DNA of 64,000 nucleotides from positions 1 through 64,000 of the IMG/VR virus record IMGVR_UViG_3300042691_048368; one strand, written 5' to 3'. Numbering within the stretch: the stretch's first letter is position 1; every line of letters begins with the position of its first letter. This DNA is from a virus. Shown one piece after another: positions 10,336 through 20,215 of the stretch. The notes under the pieces were generated by a model. That model saw only the letters and a program-made list of their open reading frames with translations, did no database searches and had not been told where the DNA came from. Both the position numbers and the translations under genes were made by a program.

Positions 10336-10376
10336 ATTAATGATTTATATATAGTGTACATAACAATGTTTTTGAA

Positions 10377-10541
10377 ATGACGAAAAGGGAGAAAGAATCA
10401 ATAATTGTATTGAGCAAATACTTAGCTATTTGTAAAGATGATACTAAAAAGTTCTCAACAATAAGAAATTATTTACATCATAGAATTTCAAAAATTTTCG
10501 AAATGAGAATGATCGAAAATATTATTGTTTCTAAATCCTAG
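10377..10541 (+). CDS. Small hypothetical protein, 54 aa (below the track cut-off)
   Basis: MTKREKESIIVLSKYLAICKDD...IIVSKS*; fills the gap, TATATATA upstream, overlaps the convergent gene like other pairs here. Confidence 0.5.
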   Translation: MTKREKESIIVLSKYLAICKDDTKKFSTIRNYLHHRISKIFEMRMIENIIVSKS

Positions 10542-10782
10542 GTCCTTCTACACCAATAGTGGACGGATCGGTTATCGGCATACCCATAGTTGGAATAACA
10601 GGATCAGGTAAATTCAACTTCTCAGGTGTATTATTGAAAAGTCCTTTTTCTTTTTCTTCTTGAATCAATTTCATGATAAACTCTTTTTGAGCTTTTTCCA
10701 TTTTTTTTCTTTCTTGATTCAAGATGTTATTCCTTTTAGCGACTCTTTTTTTATGCTCTTTTTTTGTTCTTACTTTTGCCAT
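10531..10782 (-). CDS. Small basic hypothetical protein
   Basis: 83 aa, K/R-rich N-terminus. Confidence 0.65.
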   Translation of the reverse strand: MAKVRTKKEHKKRVAKRNNILNQERKKMEKAQKEFIMKLIQEEKEKGLFNNTPEKLNLPDPVIPTMGMPITDPSTIGVEGPRI

Positions 10783-10811
10783 AATTGAAAATATTTGACC
10801 TTTATATTTTT

Positions 10812-13800
10812 TTAAATATTAAAGTTGAAAGTGTACTGAAGATCTGAATTATTTTCAATCCATTTTTCCATTTCTTGTTGATTCAAATCTCTCAAGTCTC
10901 TTCCATCAGAAGTTTTTATAAAATAAACAAATTTAAAAGAGTCTTCATTACCTTTGTCATTTAATGAGGGATTGAATGCTATTCCTTCGGTTGATGCACT
11001 TGGACCCGTATTTATATCTATTGGATTTAAATTTAACAATTTAGCAATATCTTTCGGACTCAAATCAGCATTGGTATCTTTACATATATTCAAATATGGT
11101 GGTTTCAATACAATCCATTTACCTGTTTCTGGTTCAATTAGACCTAACACCGCCCATACAAAATCAATAAAAGTATTTATAACTGCCTCAATGAAGCATA
11201 ATATAGCATTCAATATCATGATAGGTAATGGAAATTTGAGGAACGTGATAGCTTTGAATTCTTTGTAAGAATAAGTTGGCCAAGTGGTCCAAGGTAGTTT
11301 TATAATTTCATTTAAATCAAATGTCATAAATGAAAATGGATTCGGTAAATCAGGAGCACCTGGAATTTTTGGTGGGTTAGGAAAAGCTAAGACCGGTAAC
11401 CATTCTGTGAAAAATTTTTGTATATCGAAAAGTATACCAGCCATTGAAAACATACTGTTAGGACTTATTGGACTGAAAAAATCCAAAATCCATTTGAAAC
11501 TTACAAAATCTATTATCTTACCTGGTAAACTAAATGGATTAGCTAAACTTTTGAAAAAATTCATTATGTAGGTTATTATACCGAATATAACTTTTAGTGG
11601 TAACATAACTAAATTAAGAATAAAATCAAATATTGGTTGTGTGGAAAAATTCTTACGCAATTTCCTTAAATTTTCAATTTTACCTTTCACAAACCCATTT
11701 TTAGGATCAATACGAAGCGCGTCTTCTAATTTACCTAAAGCTTTACCAAGTGACGTATCGTCTCCTTGTTCCTCCAATTTTATTGCCTCTCTTACTAAGT
11801 CATTTACTTGATCACTAAGGTAAAAATATTCATACAAAACATCTTCCTTGAAAGTACCAGTAGAATATACTGTAGATGTTTCTTCGATACTTGGAATTCC
11901 ACCAGCCTCAGCAGGTATTACGTTTTTGAATGTAAGTACCGGTGTAAAGTTCGCATTATATAAGGATGCTTCTTTAATATCTTTACTCATATTATCACTC
12001 ATATTACCTAATAAATCAGGCAGTTTTCTTTGAGATCCACTCTTAGTCCTATTCAAACCAAAAATTAATTTGAATGGTGGTTTTGGATCTGGTGAAATCA
12101 AACTTCCAAGATTTGTTTCAATTCCGAAAACTAAACTTGGTAGATTTTTTAACAGTGGGGCATCTCCAAACAAGTTGATTGTCGCTGATCCATCTAACAC
12201 AAATCTACCTTGTCCTTTATCGGAAATAAAAACATAGTTTTTCAGAAGAGAGGTATTCAGATATAATTTGAGCTCATCCTTTATGTCTTGTTTCTTTTCC
12301 GGATCTCCTTGAGCATTTTTCAAATCCTCGGCGTACTTCTTGACTTTTCTCAGTTGATCTAAAAAGGGTTTAGAGAAAAAACCGAACTTTGGAACATCTG
12401 TGCCGAAATCATCACCCAACTTTGCTATGATGATATCTGAAATAGCTTGTGGGGGATTTTTGATCAGATTTATGAATGTCGTGATAGCTGGTATCAGTTT
12501 TGCAGCAATCTTTATTACGATTCTCACAAATTTCTTAATAATACCAACCAAACAAATTGGTATAGCCTCAATTGAGCAACATAAATAAATTCCTCCTCCA
12601 CCTCCGCCACTTCTTTGACCATTTCCACCTTTAGCTTTCAAATCATTTTCTTCATTGACTGATATCAAAACATTTTTATTTTTGGTTTTTAATACCGCCT
12701 CCACTATATAATATGTTTGTATATCATCTTCTGTTCTTGGATATCTATAGATTTGTTCTACTGTTTGATTTCTGGATTCACCTGGCTCTGAACTTATTAT
12801 TGGGCTACCATAAGGTTCTTTTCCAATGGGTCCACTACCATATAATTGTTGGTTTCTAATATTTGCTTGTGGTCCAAGACCTGTTATAATTTTGGGTATA
12901 TTTTGCCCACCATCTGTATCAAGTATTCTTATCAAGTTTGGCTTAGCTTCTCTAGAAGCCAATGTGACTTGACCGCTTTCAACATTCAAATCGACAGTAG
13001 TAATTTGCCCCTCACTAGGGATGAATTGCGATAAATTAGGTGTTTTTAAAATTCCATAAAAATTACCATTTTGATTTATTAATACTTTTTCATTTTTGAA
13101 GTTTATCTGAAACAAAATCATCGTTCCACCCTGTTGAGGTCTTACCGCACCACCAATAGTGCCTTGTAAAAATTCTCTGTAGAAAGGTGAATAATTGACT
13201 ATATTTGATGATGAATCATCTATCCAAGCAGCAGTTGCACCTGATCCCTTATATTCAAAAGTCAATTTATATGTATCACCATTGGGTTTGAAATAAGCTC
13301 TTTTATTCGTCTCATAATTCCAATAATTAGTTAGATTTGTTGAAATTTCCGCATCAGCGATCCTAATCGGAAATTGAGAGTTTGATAAGACATAACCACT
13401 ATCTCCAGATCTTGGATCTTCGACAATGATAGCTCTATCCACACCATCCTTTCTAATATAATCAAGTGTCAGAGAGGTCTGATTCATATTGAAAAAATTA
13501 CCTTCTGATGTGTATATTATATAATTAATTCTTTTTTGATTTAAGAGTCTGACTGAATAACTCTTTTTTATAAATCTAAGTATTTTTGCTTTTCTTTCCC
13601 TTTCACCTACATTTTCAAGGAATGTTATGTCGAATGTTATATCACATTTGATTATTTTCATATCATATTCAGATTCTATATCATACCAAACATTACCGAT
13701 TTTCTTAGCTTTGAAAGCAAAAGCTATGTTTCTGAATTTTTCCGTATTTATGAGGTTGGTTGTATTAGTCCTAGAAACACTCATAAAATTATTGCTTATT

Positions 13801-15182
13801 AGACCCTCTAATTGCATTGGTATCATACCAGCCTGACTAAGATCGGAAAATTTAGATTCTAAATCCTTTCTTGCCTCTTGTCTTGAATCCTTCACCGTAC
13901 CATCTTCATCGGTGTAGGTAGAAGCGGTATTACCAAAAGCTTTTTGCAATCTAATATCTGTGTATTCCATGTAATAGTTTTTATAATATTGGAATAAACT
14001 TTGAGTTTTTTCTGAATTGTAAGCTACTGCCAATTGTCCTTCTTTCAGAAACTTTCGAGAACCCTCTATATCTATGGTTGGGCCGTTACCTTCATATCTT
14101 AAAATTTCCCAACCGGCCGATTCATCAATCCAAATTGTATTGGGGTCATCCTCCGGTGGTCCACCAACCCTACTTGCCACTATGATTCCAAATAACTTTT
14201 TCACATACAAATAATCAAAACTTTCACCCGGTTTGATTTGTGGCCAAGGTCCACCAGCAACATATTTGTCAACTAGCCAAGGTAATCTTTCTTGTACTTG
14301 ACTATACCATAATGGTTCGTAATCTTGATTATACACTCCCAAAACAATAGTCTGGTTTTTTTCAGGTTCTTCATCCTCTTCTATTGCAGTAGACTCATCA
14401 TCTACAATCGGATTGAATTCCTCAAATAAATCAACATATTTGTAAGTATATTCAACACTTGGATCAAACTCCTCTGTTGAATAAACTGTTGAAATTGTAA
14501 TAGCTATATACTTACCTGTATATGGACTTGTGGACTCCTCAGCCGTAGACTGACTTGCGATATTTTCTGGTGAAAATTTATTATCGGACATTTTATTTTT
14601 CGGTGCAGGTTTTTTTCCAATTTTTCCCAAACTGTTCATACCAGCACCTGCACCACCAGTGCCATCTTTTTTGAAACCCTTCTGAGTGCCCTGAAAACCC
14701 AAAGCTCTGCGATTACCTCTTGGTTTTTTCGATGGACCACCGAAACCCAAAACATGAGCTACAATGTCTTCTAATTCGACAAATAGTCCAATAACAATTT
14801 TTGCGATTTCTATATATGGCTTTTGAGTTTCAAAAATTGATTGAAGCAGCGCCCTCTCAAAAGCATCGAGTCCTCCCAAATTCAAAGCGGATTTATCTAT
14901 CTTTACTTCGGTCGGTGGAGTCAGTTTTCCATTAACAAAAAATTGATCCGGATTGGATCCTAAATTAGCACCACTGACTTTTGAAAATTCTCTGAGCTCA
15001 CTCTTTTTTTTGAGTTTGGGAAGATTCTTTTGCATCATTCTCTGTTGAATCTTTTTACAAATTCCAACATTTCCATCTACAACTTTCAAAATGAAAGGAA
15101 CATTTGGAACAAATAAGATAGGCAATTCGTTCGGTTCTGTGCTTGTAAAACTAGGATATGGGGGTATAGAAAACGCAATCAT
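10812..15182 (-). CDS. Large hypothetical protein, probably virion structural
   Basis: 1456 aa; late motif at 15187-15195; internal repeat STVYST..F...V.Y.Y.Y; amphipathic/hydrophobic C-terminal helices. Confidence 0.7.
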   Translation of the reverse strand: MIAFSIPPYPSFTSTEPNELPILFVPNVPFILKVVDGNVGICKKIQQRMMQKNLPKLKKKSELREFSKVSGANLGSNPDQFFVNGKLTPPTEVKIDKSALNLGGLDAFERALLQSIFETQKPYIEIAKIVIGLFVELEDIVAHVLGFGGPSKKPRGNRRALGFQGTQKGFKKDGTGGAGAGMNSLGKIGKKPAPKNKMSDNKFSPENIASQSTAEESTSPYTGKYIAITISTVYSTEEFDPSVEYTYKYVDLFEEFNPIVDDESTAIEEDEEPEKNQTIVLGVYNQDYEPLWYSQVQERLPWLVDKYVAGGPWPQIKPGESFDYLYVKKLFGIIVASRVGGPPEDDPNTIWIDESAGWEILRYEGNGPTIDIEGSRKFLKEGQLAVAYNSEKTQSLFQYYKNYYMEYTDIRLQKAFGNTASTYTDEDGTVKDSRQEARKDLESKFSDLSQAGMIPMQLEGLISNNFMSVSRTNTTNLINTEKFRNIAFAFKAKKIGNVWYDIESEYDMKIIKCDITFDITFLENVGERERKAKILRFIKKSYSVRLLNQKRINYIIYTSEGNFFNMNQTSLTLDYIRKDGVDRAIIVEDPRSGDSGYVLSNSQFPIRIADAEISTNLTNYWNYETNKRAYFKPNGDTYKLTFEYKGSGATAAWIDDSSSNIVNYSPFYREFLQGTIGGAVRPQQGGTMILFQINFKNEKVLINQNGNFYGILKTPNLSQFIPSEGQITTVDLNVESGQVTLASREAKPNLIRILDTDGGQNIPKIITGLGPQANIRNQQLYGSGPIGKEPYGSPIISSEPGESRNQTVEQIYRYPRTEDDIQTYYIVEAVLKTKNKNVLISVNEENDLKAKGGNGQRSGGGGGGIYLCCSIEAIPICLVGIIKKFVRIVIKIAAKLIPAITTFINLIKNPPQAISDIIIAKLGDDFGTDVPKFGFFSKPFLDQLRKVKKYAEDLKNAQGDPEKKQDIKDELKLYLNTSLLKNYVFISDKGQGRFVLDGSATINLFGDAPLLKNLPSLVFGIETNLGSLISPDPKPPFKLIFGLNRTKSGSQRKLPDLLGNMSDNMSKDIKEASLYNANFTPVLTFKNVIPAEAGGIPSIEETSTVYSTGTFKEDVLYEYFYLSDQVNDLVREAIKLEEQGDDTSLGKALGKLEDALRIDPKNGFVKGKIENLRKLRKNFSTQPIFDFILNLVMLPLKVIFGIITYIMNFFKSLANPFSLPGKIIDFVSFKWILDFFSPISPNSMFSMAGILFDIQKFFTEWLPVLAFPNPPKIPGAPDLPNPFSFMTFDLNEIIKLPWTTWPTYSYKEFKAITFLKFPLPIMILNAILCFIEAVINTFIDFVWAVLGLIEPETGKWIVLKPPYLNICKDTNADLSPKDIAKLLNLNPIDINTGPSASTEGIAFNPSLNDKGNEDSFKFVYFIKTSDGRDLRDLNQQEMEKWIENNSDLQYTFNFNI

Positions 15183-15206
15183 AAATTATATATTATGACA
15201 CATGAC

Positions 15207-15524
15207 TTACATCCTCTGGCTCCAAATAGATTTTGGTTTATTAACTTGAACGCCCGTTTTCCAAAGTCCAAGTCTTAATTTTGAGTCATTATTAAACTCA
15301 CCTCTCAATCTTCCACACTGTTTATCCGTCAAATAAATGTGAAACATCTCCGCATACATATTATCATCAACTGGATTCAAAAAGTATTCGCTATTCGATT
15401 CAAATTCATCCAAATCTTGTATTATGCCAGATCCCCACCCATGGGTTTTTTTTAATATTTTGATTATTCTATCATAATCATATGAATCTTCAAACATTTC
15501 AAAGAATTTCTTGATCCTCATCAT
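15207..15524 (-). CDS. Hypothetical protein with CTS-like N-terminus
   Basis: MRIKKFFEMFED. Confidence 0.65.
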   Translation of the reverse strand: MMRIKKFFEMFEDSYDYDRIIKILKKTHGWGSGIIQDLDEFESNSEYFLNPVDDNMYAEMFHIYLTDKQCGRLRGEFNNDSKLRLGLWKTGVQVNKPKSIWSQRM

Positions 15525-16938
15525 CGGTGTTCGATCTCATTTTGTTCATAATAATCATATTGAAATTGTCAACTGGTTCGAAGTTATATTTAGCATTCAA
15601 TTTGCCCGACATTTCGCCACCACTGAATTTTATATCAATATTACAATTAATAAGAGGTTCATCGTCAAGTTCCATTCTCAGTTTTATTGAAAAGTCATTT
15701 TTTTCTTCTTCTTCATTATCAACAATCAATCTTACATGATAATCAAATTTGATATTTATATCATCATAGAAATCTCTGAAAAACTTTCTTGATGGTACTT
15801 GGTGAAAATCCTTTCCTTTCTTTCCTAAAAAATAAGTTGGTCTTTCTAAACAACCTAATTTTTCCACGAAAGTTTTAATCAATTTCATTTTTACATTGCC
15901 ATCCGCTTTTTTGAATCCATCATCTAATTTTGTAATTTCATCTTTACTATTCGTTAATAAGGAATCTGTAATTAAATGTTCCAATATTTTTGAATTTAGT
16001 AGATAAATTTTAACCTCCATCCACTCATTGAATACTTTTTCAACGTCCAAAAAGCATTGATCTTTATTTTTCCATATTTCACTCATCAAGTCTGAAAATT
16101 TCAAGATATTCTTATCAAATTGTTTGATGTGTTCACCAATATTTTTGAATCTCATATCTCTGTGTTTCAAGTCAAAATATTCAAAATAACCTAGTGTGTC
16201 AATTCTTTCTGGTTCTATAAACTTTTCTATGTGAATTTGAATTGGTTTATTAGCATTTTCATAAATTATTTTAACCCAACTTTGTGTTAATTTATCCCAC
16301 TTTTTGATATACTCCTCATTGTACAAATTTTCTATACCCTTTCCGATAAAATCATCGGCAAATGTATTGAATGATGAAGATTTGGATGTGGATAAAGTTT
16401 TATTTACAAAAATACTGAACTGAGCACCTGATTTCAATTCAATAACTAAATCTTCCCCGTGGTCTTTGTCTTTATTCGGACCAATCCAATAAACTTTTGA
16501 TATAAGGTCTTCTGACAATTTTTCTTCGACCAAAATTTTATCGATAATATTACGAGCTGTGATTCTCGCATCGACCAATTTATTCCAATCTTGTTCGATG
16601 TCAAATTTAACTTCTTCAAAATATCCATTTATTTTTGAATGTTCGGTATCTTCAACACATACGTTATTTTCAAACTTACCCAATTGTAATCTATTTTTCG
16701 CTATTAATAGATTTTTTAAATCCGTAAGAAAAACATTTGAATTTTCTGTATACCTACCTTTCAAACCTCGGTCAAGAAGATTATCTAGAAATTCATTATT
16801 CAATAATATCATACCTACACAAATTTCTGTTATTAAATTTTTTGGCTTATAAATAGTCTTTTCTAAATCATTCTGTGCTTGAACTTTGAATTGGTTTTGT
16901 GCTTCCAAAAAAAGTTCGTAACCTCTTAACCATCTCAT
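15499..16938 (-). CDS. Hypothetical protein with CTS-like N-terminus
   Basis: 479 aa; MRWLRGYELFLE. Confidence 0.7.
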   Translation of the reverse strand: MRWLRGYELFLEAQNQFKVQAQNDLEKTIYKPKNLITEICVGMILLNNEFLDNLLDRGLKGRYTENSNVFLTDLKNLLIAKNRLQLGKFENNVCVEDTEHSKINGYFEEVKFDIEQDWNKLVDARITARNIIDKILVEEKLSEDLISKVYWIGPNKDKDHGEDLVIELKSGAQFSIFVNKTLSTSKSSSFNTFADDFIGKGIENLYNEEYIKKWDKLTQSWVKIIYENANKPIQIHIEKFIEPERIDTLGYFEYFDLKHRDMRFKNIGEHIKQFDKNILKFSDLMSEIWKNKDQCFLDVEKVFNEWMEVKIYLLNSKILEHLITDSLLTNSKDEITKLDDGFKKADGNVKMKLIKTFVEKLGCLERPTYFLGKKGKDFHQVPSRKFFRDFYDDINIKFDYHVRLIVDNEEEEKNDFSIKLRMELDDEPLINCNIDIKFSGGEMSGKLNAKYNFEPVDNFNMIIMNKMRSNTDDEDQEIL

Positions 16939-16953
16939 TATTATTATCAGAGT

Positions 16954-16975
16954 ATTTTAATATATATATTAAAAT
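16954..16975. promoter_or_regulatory. Perfect 22-bp palindrome forming a bidirectional late-type promoter
   Basis: ATTTTAATATATATATTAAAAT contains TAATATATA on both strands, between divergent genes starting at 16938 and 16994. Confidence 0.65.
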
Positions 16976-16993
16976 CAATCAATCATTTTATAA

Positions 16994-17626
16994 ATGAGGT
17001 TCATCAAAGATTTCAAAAGGTACCAAGAATCATTAAGAATAGAATTTGGTTATATAGATATAGATATAAATGAGTCATTGGGCTTATTATACGATAACGT
17101 TTTAAAATCCATAGGGGCGGAAGAAATTGATATGTTCGATACATTCCATCTACCCAAAGATGATTTTGCAGATAAAATGAATTTGGATCTATTGACTGCA
17201 AGTACAGAATTTATAAACTCATTATCAAGTATAGGTTTAAAAAATTCGAATGTTACAAATAGTGATGATTTTGAAACTTTTTTCAAAAGACCTTGTAGAT
17301 TCATGATGATTTATCGTATAGAGGCAAATGAACTTGAAAACCCCTCATATATTATATTCCAACCTTGGAGTGATTTGTTAAATAAGTGGGAAGATTGCAA
17401 ATTGTATAAAGTAAATGGAGATATAAAGAATTTTTATGATAAACTCTCATCCAAAGTCATTGAGGTTGAGGATGGTGGTGAAAAATTCATATATCAAACT
17501 TCAAACGGCAACGAATGGAATTTACAAAATTTGGACAAAGCAAATGACACGTATTTGAAATATTTCAGAACTGAAGATTTCGAGAAATTACTCAAAGATA
17601 GAAAAGTTTCTATCAACATAATTTAA
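16994..17626 (+). CDS. Hypothetical protein with CTS-like N-terminus
   Basis: 210 aa; MRFIKDFKRYQES...INES. Confidence 0.7.
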   Translation: MRFIKDFKRYQESLRIEFGYIDIDINESLGLLYDNVLKSIGAEEIDMFDTFHLPKDDFADKMNLDLLTASTEFINSLSSIGLKNSNVTNSDDFETFFKRPCRFMMIYRIEANELENPSYIIFQPWSDLLNKWEDCKLYKVNGDIKNFYDKLSSKVIEVEDGGEKFIYQTSNGNEWNLQNLDKANDTYLKYFRTEDFEKLLKDRKVSINII

Positions 17627-18207
17627 ATTATTTGAGCTTTGATAAAATCAAATACTATTTGATATCTTTGTTCAATATCAGACTCATTGAACCATTTCCA
17701 AGTATAAGTCGTCTCTAAAAAATTGTTTTTTGATTTTAACTTATCAATTTCTTTTTTTATATTTTCAAATTCATACTGATCTATATCAAAGGGAATTTTC
17801 AATTTATCACAAATTGATATTATCGGTAGTAATTCATTATTCTCATATGCTTTTGTGGCTTCCAGATAAATTTCGTTCAAAGAGCTGTCATTTTTTTTGT
17901 CTGGATGAGTAGCTTTAGCAATAACTCTGTATAAGTTTTTAACTTTTGGATTTTTTGGTGGATCTATGACATCATCTACTTCGAATTTGTTCATTTTCAA
18001 CTGTTCAGAAGTTTGATCATTGATCAAATTTACCGATTTTGTAAATACTTCTTCCAATTCTATATTAGTTTCTAGAAAATACTTTACCTCTTTTTTAAAT
18101 TCAAAATCAATCTCTCTTAACATTTCTGATTTATATTTGAACTCCGATTCAAGGTAATCTAACTCTTTTATAAGTTTAATAACCTCTAATTTTCTTAAAT
18201 TTTCCAC
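17623..18207 (-). CDS. J-domain (DnaJ-like) co-chaperone; start revised to GTG 18207
   Basis: LYRVIAKATHPDK (HPD motif)...EATKAYE; AATATATATT at 18211-18220; the longer track ORF overlaps the divergent gene. Confidence 0.7.
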   Translation of the reverse strand: MENLRKLEVIKLIKELDYLESEFKYKSEMLREIDFEFKKEVKYFLETNIELEEVFTKSVNLINDQTSEQLKMNKFEVDDVIDPPKNPKVKNLYRVIAKATHPDKKNDSSLNEIYLEATKAYENNELLPIISICDKLKIPFDIDQYEFENIKKEIDKLKSKNNFLETTYTWKWFNESDIEQRYQIVFDFIKAQII

Positions 18208-18262
18208 CTGAATATATATTCTAACTGTCTGTTTTTGGTCTAAGGAAAATAATATATATTGA

Positions 18263-18829
18263 ATGATTAACGAAAATATTTCTTTGGAGGAACTTTTTGA
18301 ATTGAGATCAAAATTGATCTTAAAAGGAGAAAATGTTGATATAATAACTGAGAAAATTATGGAGATGGAATCGGAATACGTATCGTATATTTTGGAAGAC
18401 ACCGCGAGTGGGGGACCTTCTGGTGCGGCTGGCGCTTCAACTGTAGGTTATGGTGGTGGGGGTGTAGCATACGCAGATGCTTCAATAGGTGGTATGGGTT
18501 GGGTAGTTTCTCCACAACCATCAATTTTCACTGGTGTTACAACCGAACCCGGTTACTCAATGGGTGGTGGAAAAGTTGGATCAGGTGATATAAGTGTTCC
18601 ATATAATCCGGGTGGTAGAAAAAAAGTGTTCCAAAAAGTTCCAGTTGATAACAGAAAGGGTACTAATAAAAGGAGAAAAAATAAGATGATACAAGGTTTG
18701 AAAAATATTTTTTCTCAGAAACAAGATTACACAGCTGGTCAAGGTCAACCAAAACCCTCGAAGGTTATGAACTTTGATAATTTTTCGAAAGCTAGTATAA
18801 ATAAACCAACTAAAGTAAAAGATATTTAA
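18263..18829 (+). CDS. Gly-rich hypothetical late protein
   Basis: 188 aa; TAATATATA at 18250-18258; YILE followed by a Gly-rich segment. Confidence 0.7.
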   Translation: MINENISLEELFELRSKLILKGENVDIITEKIMEMESEYVSYILEDTASGGPSGAAGASTVGYGGGGVAYADASIGGMGWVVSPQPSIFTGVTTEPGYSMGGGKVGSGDISVPYNPGGRKKVFQKVPVDNRKGTNKRRKNKMIQGLKNIFSQKQDYTAGQGQPKPSKVMNFDNFSKASINKPTKVKDI

Positions 18830-18862
18830 ACTTTACATAATTTTTTTTAAATAAAAAATGTT

Positions 18863-19396
18863 ATGTCAGTTGATAAAAAAGAAAAAATTATTATATTGGG
18901 CCAAACCGGTTCCGGTAAAGATTTTCTTAGGAAAGAATTAGTAAAACTTGGATTGAAATATTCACCAAAATTTACCACAAGACCTAAGAGAGAATCTGAA
19001 ACAAATGGTGTAGAATACGATTTTATTGATTATAATTTATATATCGATTTGCATAAAAATGGAAAAATAAAGACATCTCAATCATTTATTATAAATGATG
19101 TAAATTGGTATTATGGGATTACAAATGAAAATTGGAATAACAATCAGATTTTCATAATGACCCCCTTTGAACTCGAACAAATTGATGAGGAGGAACTCAA
19201 AGGTTGTTTTGTTGTATATCTTAACATTGATTTGGAAACTAGAAGAGAGAGAGTAACAAGTCGTGACGATAAAAATGATTCTATCGAAAGAAGGTTAAAA
19301 GCTGATCTAAATGACTTTGATGGATTCAAAAAATACGATTTGTGTATAACTGATCCGGAATTTGAAGCTGATTGGATTTATGATTTGATGTATTAA
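18863..19396 (+). CDS. gmk: Guanylate kinase-like protein
   Basis: GQTGSGKD, TTRPKRESETNGVEYDFI, WYYG, SIERRL. Confidence 0.85.
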   Translation: MSVDKKEKIIILGQTGSGKDFLRKELVKLGLKYSPKFTTRPKRESETNGVEYDFIDYNLYIDLHKNGKIKTSQSFIINDVNWYYGITNENWNNNQIFIMTPFELEQIDEEELKGCFVVYLNIDLETRRERVTSRDDKNDSIERRLKADLNDFDGFKKYDLCITDPEFEADWIYDLMY

Positions 19397-20109
19397 TTTT
19401 CGGTAATACCATCCATAGTTAGTCCTTTCAATTGGCCATTAATAGAATCACATATCGGACCAGAACTTGTAATTGTTTTGGCAAGTACTGATAACATAAT
19501 ATTCAATATCGAGTAAACTTTGAGAAGATTTTTTTCAGTGGAATAAAATTCACTATTACAAATTCCCTCCAATAAATCTATAGTGAATGATATTGCATCA
19601 TTATTTTTCACCTTCATCTTTTCGATAATAACCTTTGGAATACCAATATTTATCATTTCTTTTTCATAGTCATAAATGGTGGAGTTTATAAGTGATAATA
19701 TGCTTGTCCACAATTCAGAATGATCCATCTCTTCAAACTTTTTTGACGTTACCCAAGTGTGAAGGTTATTACGGTATTTTTGTAAATATATGGTTAAATA
19801 TTTTCTGAAAACAATTGTCCTATAATCAGATGAAAACTGAATAGTGGGTACCTGTGAATATATTAAAAAATCTAAATAGTTGAATATATCATGATTTATA
19901 ACATCTGATTCTTTTATTGTGGACATTTGTGGCAGTCCTTGTACTCGAATTTTGAGTAAATGATCTACCAATTTATAGAATAACTTTGATATAACAGATG
20001 GTATACCAAAAGTTTTTTCAATAATCCAATAAATAAAGGTCAAAAGTGAAATTATAACACCACCCAACCCAAATTCTCCGATACCATCTAGTATATTAAA
20101 AAAATCCAT
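19393..20109 (-). CDS. Single-TM membrane protein, holin-like topology (tentative)
   Basis: N-terminal TM helix GLGGVIISLLTFIYWII plus a soluble domain; late motif upstream. Confidence 0.45.
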   Translation of the reverse strand: MDFFNILDGIGEFGLGGVIISLLTFIYWIIEKTFGIPSVISKLFYKLVDHLLKIRVQGLPQMSTIKESDVINHDIFNYLDFLIYSQVPTIQFSSDYRTIVFRKYLTIYLQKYRNNLHTWVTSKKFEEMDHSELWTSILSLINSTIYDYEKEMINIGIPKVIIEKMKVKNNDAISFTIDLLEGICNSEFYSTEKNLLKVYSILNIMLSVLAKTITSSGPICDSINGQLKGLTMDGITEN

Positions 20110-20215
20110 ATTTTGTCTTTAAATTGTTTAATTATATATATTTAGACGATATAATAGTATTTGAATAAGGTATCGTTTTTTTTAATATATAAAAACGACA
20201 AAATATATTCTAATA

